This document shows positions 23,401 through 32,082 of a DNA stretch of 64,000 nt, one piece after another. Made by a program: the position numbers and the translations under genes. The stretch comes from Macrostomum lignano (Eukaryota): the NCBI GenBank assembly GCA_002269645.1, contig NIVC01002396.1, positions 68,769 to 132,768 on the forward strand, given 5' to 3'. The notes below the pieces were generated by a model. The model worked only from the letters and a program-made list of their open reading frames with translations, was not told the origin of the DNA and did no database searches. Position 1 is the first letter of the stretch, and each line of letters starts with the position of its first letter.

Positions 23401-26019
23401 TCGGCCGCAGAAACAGTGCTCCAGTCAACTTACATGGATGACTGCCTGGATTCGAAGAAGACTGATTCAGAGGCTATTCAGTTGTATCAGGAGCTGAGCC
23501 AATTGTGGGAGCGAGCTGGTATGCACGCTAGGAAGTGGATTTCAAACTCGAGAGCATTGCTTGCGTGTGTAGCACCAGAGGATAGAGTCGCGGAGGTGAG
23601 CCTGGATGGTCAGCCGTTGCCAGTTTCGAAGACGCTTGGAGTAGTCTGGAAAAGTGAGGACGATGAATTCACCTTTGTTGCTGATAGCGAGCTGAGACCA
23701 GTCAAGTCAAAGAGAGATCTGCTAAAGAGATTGGCTTCAGTGTACGATCCTCTCGGACTGATAGCACCTTTCACTGCACAGGCAAAGATACTATTGCAGG
23801 AGCTCTGGTGCAGCGGCCTTGATTGGGATGAAGCGCCGGACGAGGCTCTGCAAAAGAGGATTCAAGCATGGTGTGCTGACCTGACGAAGCTGAACTGCTT
23901 TCGAGTTTATCGCTGTCTGCAGTTCTCTTACGTACCTACGCAGTCTCAGCTTCACTGCTTTGTCGATGCTTCGGAGAAGGCCTACGGAGCAGTGTGTTAT
24001 CTACGATGCAAGTACACCGACGTCTCGATATCCGTTCGGCTCATCGCTGCCAAGTCTCGAGTTGCACCCATAGCAACTATGAGCATTCCGAGGCTGGAGC
24101 TGATGGCAGCGGTCATTGGGCTGAATCTAGCGGTCAAGATTGCCAAGGCACTAGAGATGAACATCAAAGATGCGGTATTCTGGTCGGACAGCATGAACGT
24201 TCTGTTTTGGATTCGTGGAAGAGGACGCTTCTTTAAACCATTCGTTGCGAATCGCATCGGAGAAATCCAGCAGGCAACTGATCCGAACCAGTGGAGACAC
24301 GTGCCAACGGCGTGCAATCCTGCCGATCTGCTGTCAAGAGGCGCAACGATAACTCAGCTGGCCGAGGATCAGAAATGGAAAAACGGTCCAGAGTTTTTAC
24401 ATCACGACGACTACAAGTGGCCAAGTACCAGGTTGGAGCGACCAGCAGACCTGGAGACGAAAGGTTCGGCGAAAGATTCAGTCCCGTCCGAAGCGGTCAT
24501 GTGTGCAACAATGGTCACCAGCGAGCAAAGAAAGCATCAAGTAGAGCGGCTCGATCCGATCAGGTTCTCCAGCTGGATGAAATTCCTGAGGGTAAATGCC
24601 TGGATTAGCAGATTTGCCAACAATTGTCGCTTCGAACCACAGTACCGAACTCGAGGAGAGCTGCAGGCGTCGGAGCTAGAAGACGCGGAGTTAAGAATCA
24701 TCAAGGATGTGCAGCAAGATGCATTCAGCACGGAGCTTTCCGCCTTGAGGAAGAACAAGAGCGTTTCTGAGAGCAGCAAGCTGGCTAGAATGCATCCCAG
24801 ACTCGATCCTAGCGGCGTTCTTCGCTCAGAGAGTCGTCTACAGTTGGCCGAAGCATTGCCGGTTAGTATCAGATCACCAATCATCTTGCCAAAGTGCCAT
24901 CACGTGACAGAATTGATAATCAAGCACCATCACGAAAAAGCGTATCACGCGGGCACCAATCAAGTACTTGCTGCAGTGACTGCTCGATTTTGGATCCCAG
25001 CTGCCCGAGAGGCCATCCGAGCTTGGGAAGTCAAGTGTGCTGAGTGCAGGAGAAGAAAGGCACAGCCAGCTTCGCAGTTGATGGCACCACTGCCTCCCAG
25101 TCGGCTAGAACCGTTGAGAGCATTTACGAAAGTATCAATAGATTTCGGAGGTCCATTCCTGACGAAACAGGGTCGGGGACGTGTGCGTCAGAAGCGGTAC
25201 CTTGCGCTCTTCACTTGTATGGCAACGCGTGCAGTTCATTTAGAAATGGCGTACGGCCTTGATGCAAGCAGCTTCCTAAACGCGTTGTTTCGCATGATCA
25301 ATCGCCGAGGTCAAGTTCTGGAAATCTTCTCAGACAATGGAACTAATTTTGTTGGTGCGGATAGAGAACTAAAGGAGCTGTGCAAGTCGATGGACAAGAA
25401 CGCATTGCAGTCACGCACATCTCACGTACCGATCAAGTGGCACTTTAATCCGCCCGCGGCTCCGCACTTCGGCGGCGTGCATGAGTCAATGATAAAATCA
25501 GCAAAGAGAGCGATAAACGCGATCCTGAGATCGGCAGAAGTCAGCGATGAGCAGCTTGTAACAGCATTTACCGGAGCAGAGTCGCTGCTGAACTCACGGC
25601 CTTTGACCTACCAGTCGTCCCATCCTGGTGACGATCCGGTCCTGACGCCAGCGCACTTCCTGTACGGGCACGTTGGCGGACAGCTGGCACCGGAGATCTC
25701 GGCTGACGAGGTGTTCAACCCAACCAAGCGGTGGCGCTACGTGCAGCAGCTGGTGCAGTCGTTTTGGCGGCGATGGCTCAGAGAGTGGCTGCCCGGCCTC
25801 GGTGCGAGAACCAAATGGCGGCGAGAGCAGCCCGACCTCAAGCCCGGGGACGTCGTGCTGTATGTCTGTCCGGACAGCCCTCGGGGTCATTGGCCACTGG
25901 CTCGAGTCCTGGAGGTGTACCCAGGTCGAGACGGCCATGTTCGAGTAGCAAAGGTGCAGCTGGCGGACAAGGTTCTGACGCGGCCAATCAACAGACTGTG
26001 CCCATTGATTACTGATTGA
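20485..26019 (+). CDS. BEL/Pao Gag-Pol polyprotein, 1844 aa, uninterrupted
   Basis: Gag with Cys/His knuckles (CVVCKEAHDLWKC, CFRCLGHGHTGMNC, CGVDGCTKSHHRLLH); protease ALLDDAS; RT STYMDD; RNase H FVDASEKAYGAV; integrase HHEKAYH..CAEC, DFGGP, SDNGTNF, GGVHESMIK. Single ORF in PR-RT-RH-IN order, typical of BEL/Pao. Confidence 0.95.
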   Translation: MSDDEKQKQAPEPDVASLNALRRQKTKFKSALTKNRNKLAWLLQDGSDKSEIQHQCEAVTEIFEGTIEALYELSDELQRNNSDAVQHSRLLDEIETVEEDYRVSMREVQRFLATQQSPSAAAQVPQETAAASAAEPAAESAAATAQSLGAVNLDRQIGFSVAEPDFMRGQRQQRPYRDLGEFGYLPSSNQHAGFEMRADDRTSSSESVDECRLGNSSEQELSKDLWKMLRRVEIPTFYGDKQQYEAWKAAFMACIDRAPATPEFKLLQLRQYLRGSALKVIEHLGHSAAAYQAAKERLEREYGGKRRQLAHYLEELDSFPPVKQNSAEELKKFANILDVAVINLEEAGKNSELSDGLLYARLQKKLPEPMVAAFRRWIFEKAKAEGVRTLREWVLREAEFRTEAAEIVYGVAASSQEQPRKDSKQKAFHVAQLSKSSSKGSYSCVVCKEAHDLWKCPAFGKLSSENRWKAAQEAKACFRCLGHGHTGMNCRRGRKCGVDGCTKSHHRLLHSTARSESKEKSEVKAGAEQEMQSKPKAATVTMVAREASAVSLRTVPVILKANRRAVKVNALLDDASTKTYLNTAIASKLGLHGKQESMQVNVLNGQVETFITAPVSCTLESTDSQISKEITALTVDRVTGNMEVVDWQELASKWSHLANIPFPRMQTPAEVDLLIGVDHPDLHASQLEVTGDPGDPQARLTPLGWTCIGRVDGASEHALFANTFFSRGGSENLAPLLRQFWEVEEVRSIEPSSFTNAEQLALERTRSSLKFVDGRYQVGIPWKPDVTFKDSNFEMAIRRLANTEKRLRKDPDLAKQYQDVISRYENVGYIRRVLEHEQQPANRYHLPHFPVVRMDKATTKVRIVFDASAGGEESLNSLMLAGPKLQKDLVDVLLRFRRHPVAVACDISEMYLQIAIAPEDRAAHSFLWRDMDPTKIPQTFEFNRVVFGATSSPFLAQFVTQEHAKKLKQEFPSAAETVLQSTYMDDCLDSKKTDSEAIQLYQELSQLWERAGMHARKWISNSRALLACVAPEDRVAEVSLDGQPLPVSKTLGVVWKSEDDEFTFVADSELRPVKSKRDLLKRLASVYDPLGLIAPFTAQAKILLQELWCSGLDWDEAPDEALQKRIQAWCADLTKLNCFRVYRCLQFSYVPTQSQLHCFVDASEKAYGAVCYLRCKYTDVSISVRLIAAKSRVAPIATMSIPRLELMAAVIGLNLAVKIAKALEMNIKDAVFWSDSMNVLFWIRGRGRFFKPFVANRIGEIQQATDPNQWRHVPTACNPADLLSRGATITQLAEDQKWKNGPEFLHHDDYKWPSTRLERPADLETKGSAKDSVPSEAVMCATMVTSEQRKHQVERLDPIRFSSWMKFLRVNAWISRFANNCRFEPQYRTRGELQASELEDAELRIIKDVQQDAFSTELSALRKNKSVSESSKLARMHPRLDPSGVLRSESRLQLAEALPVSIRSPIILPKCHHVTELIIKHHHEKAYHAGTNQVLAAVTARFWIPAAREAIRAWEVKCAECRRRKAQPASQLMAPLPPSRLEPLRAFTKVSIDFGGPFLTKQGRGRVRQKRYLALFTCMATRAVHLEMAYGLDASSFLNALFRMINRRGQVLEIFSDNGTNFVGADRELKELCKSMDKNALQSRTSHVPIKWHFNPPAAPHFGGVHESMIKSAKRAINAILRSAEVSDEQLVTAFTGAESLLNSRPLTYQSSHPGDDPVLTPAHFLYGHVGGQLAPEISADEVFNPTKRWRYVQQLVQSFWRRWLREWLPGLGARTKWRREQPDLKPGDVVLYVCPDSPRGHWPLARVLEVYPGRDGHVRVAKVQLADKVLTRPINRLCPLITD

Positions 26020-26957
26020 AGGCTGACTATGACTCACTGATCGATGGACTGTAACTGTTAATCCCCGTGTCGATTCGTATTTTCGTTTTCGTCATTTTGT
26101 CATTATCATTTTTGTCGCTTTCTCGACAGTGTTTTTGCGGTGTGCGAATGATTACTTAGTTTTTGTTTGTTTGTTTGTCAAATACGTTTATTTCGGTTAT
26201 GTTTAAATTTTGAGTTTGGTGTTTGCCTTCGTAATTTGGGTTGTTAATTTTTTGAATCGATTATTATTTATATCGTAATCCAAATTTAACCATGTTGCAT
26301 CGCGATTTCACGTTGTCCTTTGTCTTGTAATCACATCACTCTCTGGTAATGGGTTGATCGTCTTAAAATCTTTTTTCGTGAAATGCTATACAACTGCAGT
26401 TTATGTTTCGAACTCAAGCGCGTTTCTTTTCTTTTTCTACATTTTTCGTTACTGTAACAGAGCCCAGCAAGACAATTTTGTTTAGTCAAGTTTTGTACAA
26501 GTACGAAATGCGTAAGTTCTGCATCATAACTTTTTCTGCATCTTTATCTCATAGGTTTTGCTTCCACTGCCACTCATTTTCAAAATTACATTTTTGCATC
26601 ATTATTTTGTTTTTGCCATAGACATGTCAAGGTGGGGGGTATGTTCTGGAGCTGCCACTGTCTCGTGGTATTTCTTAAACTTTTCGTTTGCAATAGCTAC
26701 ATGTACGTTCAATGAGGCTAACATATTTTTTTTGCTCATACGTACAGTCCCTAATTATTGATCGCACCACTTTCATTCTTCACTGATCGCCCCACCCCAC
26801 ATTACGCTCACGTGTATTGTACGCTTTCACTCAGCTCATTAAATATATCGACCCAGAGCATCTCGCTCAAGAGCCTTTTTCGTTTTTCATCGTTTCAGTA
26901 GCGCAGCATATAGTTTGTCTTTCATCTCGAGTTATTCTAGCAACCAACGGCCAGCAT

Positions 26958-27068
26958 GAAAGGCTCTTGGTTTGGAATCTCACCTTAGACGGGCAGTACG
27001 AAAGGTCTTTGGTTCGAATCTCACCTTAGACGCGCAGTATGAAAGGTTCTTGGTTCGAATCTCACCTT
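26958..27068 (+). repeat. 41-bp tandem repeat with a Pol III B-box-like core; a fourth unit lies at 18735-18767, on the other side of the LTR element
   Basis: Unit GAAAGGTCTTTGGTTCGAATCTCACCTTAGACGCGCAGTAT, three copies. Confidence 0.75.
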
Positions 27069-27736
27069 TAATAGGCGGTATAAAAAACAAAAAAACTATT
27101 TAACCTTTTTCAGAAATTACAGTCAAATTTATTGGTGCCGAAGCAACCAATTTTGAAAACGCATTTTAAAAAGAGATGGTCTATTATAGAATACGGTAAC
27201 AAATTCATACGGCAAGTGTTAATTATTAATAAATTAAACAGACTTCACAGGCTATAGGTGAAGATGCAGTTCAAAATGTGTGGAAATGAAGCTATTAAAA
27301 ATGATCAGTTATCTGGATTCGATGTACTGAATTAAACAAATCCATATTTCAAAAGAATAACAATAAACGCTAACAATGCTACTGAGAAAAAATTAGTAGC
27401 ATAATGCGACTATTGATACTATTTTTTCAAAAAAACTAAAAAGCGCAATATTATCTAGGTAGGCTGTTGAAATGGCTCCGTAAAAAACTCATCCTAATAA
27501 ACTTAATCGCTAATCAGCATTATTGCCGACATTCACACTTGATTTGGAACGTGGGAACGACCAATTGAAGTCGCGAAATTTCAGAAAGCTATGCTCATAA
27601 AGGTGGCTATTATAAAAAAACTTGCACAGCTAGGAAAACGGCTGGAGCAACTATGCTCAGCTTTTACATAGTAAAACGCCTCGTCATCTAATAAGTAGAG
27701 GCCATCGCTAATCATTGCCAGCCCTGTTTGACCGGA

Positions 27737-30700
27737 TTAGGCGAAGCGAACCTCGTAGAACCGGTAGATTTCGTAAAAACCGGGCACGAAGTTGTCGTAC
27801 ACCCTGAACTGCAGGCCGAGCTTGCGGCAGTCTTCCTCGAAGCGGCCCCAGAACTTCTTGAAGTGAAGCGAGCCGCCGCGCAGGATGTAGCAGCCGTCGG
27901 GCTTCAGAGCCTTTAGCGAGATCTCCATCATCTGGAAATTGATGCCATTTAAAGTCTCACATTAGGAGCATAAAATCTCAGAGATTTTAAGACAACAAAG
28001 TCTCACAGATAAAACAACAGTCTCACAGATAGTGGCTACAAAATCTCACAGATAGTGGCTACAAAATCTCACAGATAGTGGCTACAAAATCTCACAGATA
28101 GTGGCTACAAAATCTCACAGATAGTGGCTACAAAATCTCACAGATAGTGGCTACAAAATCTCACAGATAGTGGCTACAAAATCTCAGATAGTGGCTACAA
28201 AATCTCACAGATAGTGGCTACAAAATCTCAGATAGTGGCTACAAAATCTCACAGATAGTGGCTACAAAATCTCAGATAATTACCACACAGAATAGAAAAG
28301 TTACCTGACTATTATCCGTAGCAAAGTCGTAGTTCCATCCGCGCTCCTCCTTGTTAATCATGAACTCAGTCAGGTCGTTAATAATGTAGTCGTACTTCTT
28401 GCCGGATTGAATGCACTCGTGCAGGTGGTCCAGGCAGTCTCCAATGATTATCTGTGATCATTTAGGCCATAGTAGAAAGGGTTTGCTTGAAAAGCTAGTT
28501 TGACAATGGCCAAATTCAGTGACCTTTTTCAACAAATTGTGAAACTTCACAGGGAACAAGAGACAGGTGAGAGACAGGTGAGAAGAGACAGGTGAAAAGA
28601 GATAGGTGAGAAAAGACAGGTAAGAAGAGACAGGTAAGAAGAGACAGGTGAGGACAGACAGGTGAGGAGAGACAGGTGAGAGACAGGTGAGAAGAGACAG
28701 ATGAGGACAGACAGGTGAGAGACAGGTGAAAAGAGACAGGTGAGGACAGACAGGTGAGGAGAGACAGGTGAGGGGCAGGTGAAAAGAGATAGGTGAGAAA
28801 AGACAGGTAAGAAGAGACAGGTGAGGAGAGACAAGTGAGAAGAGACAGGTGAGAAGAGACAGGTGAGGAGAGACAGTTGAGAAGAGACAGGTGAGAGACA
28901 AGTGAGAAGAGACAGGTAAGAAGAGACAGGTGAGGAAAGACAGGTGAGGAGAGACAAGTGAGAAAGGACACAACAGAAACGGACTCAATGCAGTCCTCAC
29001 CTTCTTGTTGGGCCCCTCCAGGGTGTCCAGCGCATCCTCGCAGGCGCCCCGCATGTATTTGGCGCAGAGCTGCACCACTTCGCTGTCAATCTCCACCATG
29101 GTGACCATGCGAGGCTGCTGTTTCAGCAGCTCACAGATGACACCGCCGTCGCCGCCGCCGAGAATGAGGATCTCCTTGTCGGCGTAGCAGTTTCTAGCCG
29201 GCTTGCCAGTCTCCAAGCCCAGCAGAACCCGGGTGTAGGGCTCCTGATCCTTCTCGGCCAGCATGACATCCTCGTCTAGAAACAACACGTGACCGTGCGC
29301 TTCGCTCCAGAAGATCTTCACATTCTGATACTTGGTCTGCCTCTCCACTACTAGGCGATCGAGATGGAATTCAACTAAGAACTCGTCAGCCGTGATAAAG
29401 TAGCGCCACAGGGCCTCGCCGCGGCGGACTGGCCCGAGCATGCTGGTAATATGAAATAAATGGCATTATTGTTGGTGTAGCGAGTCGCTAATCAAAAGGT
29501 TTTCCCTTTTTGAGAATCCTCATTACTTCCTTTATCGCGCATTGAGTGAGTAGTCTAACCAGAGGGTGAGAGAGTAGACGTGACTCACCGTCTGTTTCTA
29601 TTTTTAGCACAGAAAAGCACGTGACTGCGCGCACACAACTATTAGACACGTATCCTTGAATCACGTCACTGTTACGTGATTTTCAAGTCCAAATAAGAAA
29701 TTTTTTCCACGCTAAGGCAGGATTCTCACGTGAATTTGGGGATGTGATCAGCTATAATTACGAGGCAGATGAGATCGATTTTTTCTGACGCCTTGCCGTG
29801 ACCACGCACAGATCTAGACATATCAGGACAGTTGACCTGGGAACCGATCAAAACGGCGACAGTCACAGTATCGAGCGCCTTTCACCATGCTGCCGGGACA
29901 TCTGGTCGATGCTCTGCAAAACCCCGCCGGACCACCACGTCACGATCCAGTGGGTCCCCGGCCATTGCGACCTCCGACTAAACGACTCGGCGGACGCCAC
30001 CGCGCGCGACGCGGCGCGGCTGCCCCAGGCGGACGCCCCGCTGGACTTCCGCAGCGCCCGCTCGGCTATCGCAGCTTTGACAACGACAGACTTCGGCCAA
30101 ACCTACGCCAACGACGACCACTGCGCGACCCACAGGACGGCGACAGGCAGGAGGCGACCCGGACGCTTACCCTCAGCCTTCGGGCGTAAAGCCCAAGTGA
30201 CTCTGGTCCAGCTCAGGACTGGCCACTGCCCCCGCCTCCGCAAATACCGCCACCGCATTGGCTTGGAGCCCTCCGCCACATGCACAGCCTGCGGTGCCGC
30301 CGAGGAAGACCTCAGACACCTGATTCTGGACTGCCGGGCCCACGCCGACGCCCGGGCGGAGGTCTTTGGATCACACCTAGCGCTGTCCACAATCTCCGAC
30401 GATGGACCCCGCGTGCTCGACTACCTCCGGAGGATAGGGGCGCCGACGCGCCCCCCGGACTAGTCTGGCCGGGAATCACCACCACAGTCACAGTATTGTG
30501 GCGTAGTGACGTAGTCTCTAAGTTGTGGCGTAGGCCTATTAACAAATATACAATTCCAATACATTATGAACTTCCAACACATGTATTGACTGTTGCCCTT
30601 TTGACTGTCGCTTTTTTTATATGTCGCCCTTTTGACCTGTAGGCTGTAGCCGCGATTAGCGAGCGCTAGACGCCTTCCTCTTGCCAACAACAAATCGAGG

Positions 30701-32082
30701 GTAGAGTCAAACGCGCTCTGCTGCTCAGGACAGCGAACCTCATTAGGTTTAGAAGAACCAAGGCTTCATTCAAGAAATCTGGGGCAAGCCACACAACTGA
30801 TATGCAGCTATTGGAAATAATGTACGTAAATCTATGGCGTAAATGAGCTTTGGCCATAGACAACTGCATGCTAAATCAAAGAGTATTCAGAGTAAGAGTA
30901 TTTGTTAGCTGGCTTTTTTTAAGATACTTTTACGGTTGGGCCATAGAAATAGCTTTAAGAGCAGCCATGATATCTAAGACTTGGACAAGCCAAAATTGTA
31001 AATGCATGGCTGACTTTGCTTGAAAATCGAATCAGACTGCACGCCTAGAAGTATATTTTCATGTACAACGATTGGATCTGTCTAATAAACTGGTGGCAAG
31101 ATTTTTGTCTTGTCTTGCTGTAAGTTTTCTGTACAAATTTCAGAAGTGTAACACTGTATTAAAAGTGCATCATAAACCTCACCAGTACATCCGATCAAAG
31201 GCGTCGATGCTAGTAAGAAATTTCTTAATTCCCTCTTCGACATGTCGGATATACTGTAAATATAAAAGGGCTTTGTAATAATTTAGGATTCAATAGTTAG
31301 TCTCTAGACAGTTTCTAAATGATATATTACAAAGTTCCTGACGAATCACTGCTCACCACAAGATCAACCTTAACGCGGCTTCGCATCACCAGAATGTCAA
31401 ACATGTACAGCTTCTGGCTTTCGTAGTTGCGAATGTTGAGCACCCTGGAACAATTGTAATTTGTAAATTAGTTGCTATAAGTATAATGGTGTCAGGTTTC
31501 TACCCCATCCTCTCCAATTCTCTTTCACCCTCTCCTACTGCCTTCCACCCTCTCCCAGTGTCTTCCACCCTCTCCCACTATCTTCCACCCTCTCCCACTG
31601 TCTTCCACCCTCTCCCACTATCTTCCACCCTCTCCCACTGTCTTCCACCCTCTCCCACTATCTTCCACCCTCTCCCACTGTCTTCCACCCTCTCCCACTA
31701 TCTTCCACCCTCTCCCACTGTCTTCCACCCGCCCTCTTCCACTCCCATTCTGTTTCTTTCCAGATTTCCCTCTGTATTCGAGTCACAATATGTATAAATA
31801 GCAGATCAGAATGCATATAAAATGAGTATTACTTGTTGTCATTGTTGGAAAACACAGACAGCTGCAGGTCATTGCCAGCTGGGCCAGAGAATAGGCATTT
31901 CACTTTGGATTTGTCCTCTTTCATGCCATTGGCAGCTAGGTTGAGAAGCTCTAAGTCTGTAAAGAAAATTTAAACAGTTAAAATACTAAAGACAAAAAAG
32001 AGCTTGAGAAAAAAATAGATAAATTCTTACCAGACAAGGCCCTCTTTGCATAGAAGTGGAACAAAATAGTTTCCTCAGTCAT
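27737..32082 (-). CDS. SMS: Spermine synthase, 7 coding exons, ~372 aa
   Basis: Exons (minus strand): 32082-32031, 31956-31833, 31444-31357, 31253-31183, 29442-29001, 28451-28305, 27931-27737; GT-AG, phases compatible (1119 nt). ILILGGGDGG dcSAM-binding motif, MVTMVEID, YIINDLT, plus the N-terminal domain specific to spermine synthase. The four 5' exons are absent from the ORF track and less certain. Confidence 0.88.
28018..28275. repeat. 23-bp minisatellite, SMS intron 6
   Basis: Unit CACAGATAGTGGCTACAAAATCT. Confidence 0.92.
28555..28965. repeat. GAGACAGGTGA-type degenerate minisatellite, SMS intron 5
   Basis: Direct inspection. Confidence 0.88.
29872..30483 (+). mobile_element. 5'-truncated non-LTR retrotransposon (RNase H-containing, I-group-like) in SMS intron 4
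   Basis: Open frame with the RNase H C-terminal half (IQWVPGH..NDSADATA), QLRTGH and a CCHC finger (CTAC..EEDLRHLILDC); stop at 30463. Short (CAC)n tail. 13-bp TSD ACAGTCACAGTAT at 29859-29871 and 30484-30496. Confidence 0.88.
31500..31740. repeat. 20-bp pyrimidine-rich minisatellite, SMS intron 2
   Basis: Unit CCACCCTCTCCCACTRTCTT. Confidence 0.88.

Larger units (their letters stand above)
18768..26946 (+). mobile_element. Full-length BEL/Pao LTR retrotransposon; 5' LTR interrupted by a mariner element
   Basis: 305-bp LTRs TG...CA: 5' LTR = 18768-18831 + 20180-20420, 3' LTR = 26642-26946, identical by eye. TSD ACGGC at 18763-18767 and 26947-26951. PBS TGGTAGCAGAGCGTGGTT (20423-20440) resembles the complement of the initiator tRNA-Met 3' end. 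Purine-rich PPT AAGGTGGGGGGTA just before the 3' LTR. Confidence 0.96.

Noticed and set aside
25594-26037. Antisense and alternative-frame ORFs overlapping the BEL pol, mariner, Chapaev and host exons
   Set aside because: Shadow ORFs expected in GC-rich coding DNA; no recognisable motifs.
26020-26641. env-like gene in the BEL element (ORF 26403-26621)
   Set aside because: Short, low-complexity T-rich ORF with no recognisable envelope features; treated as 3' UTR.
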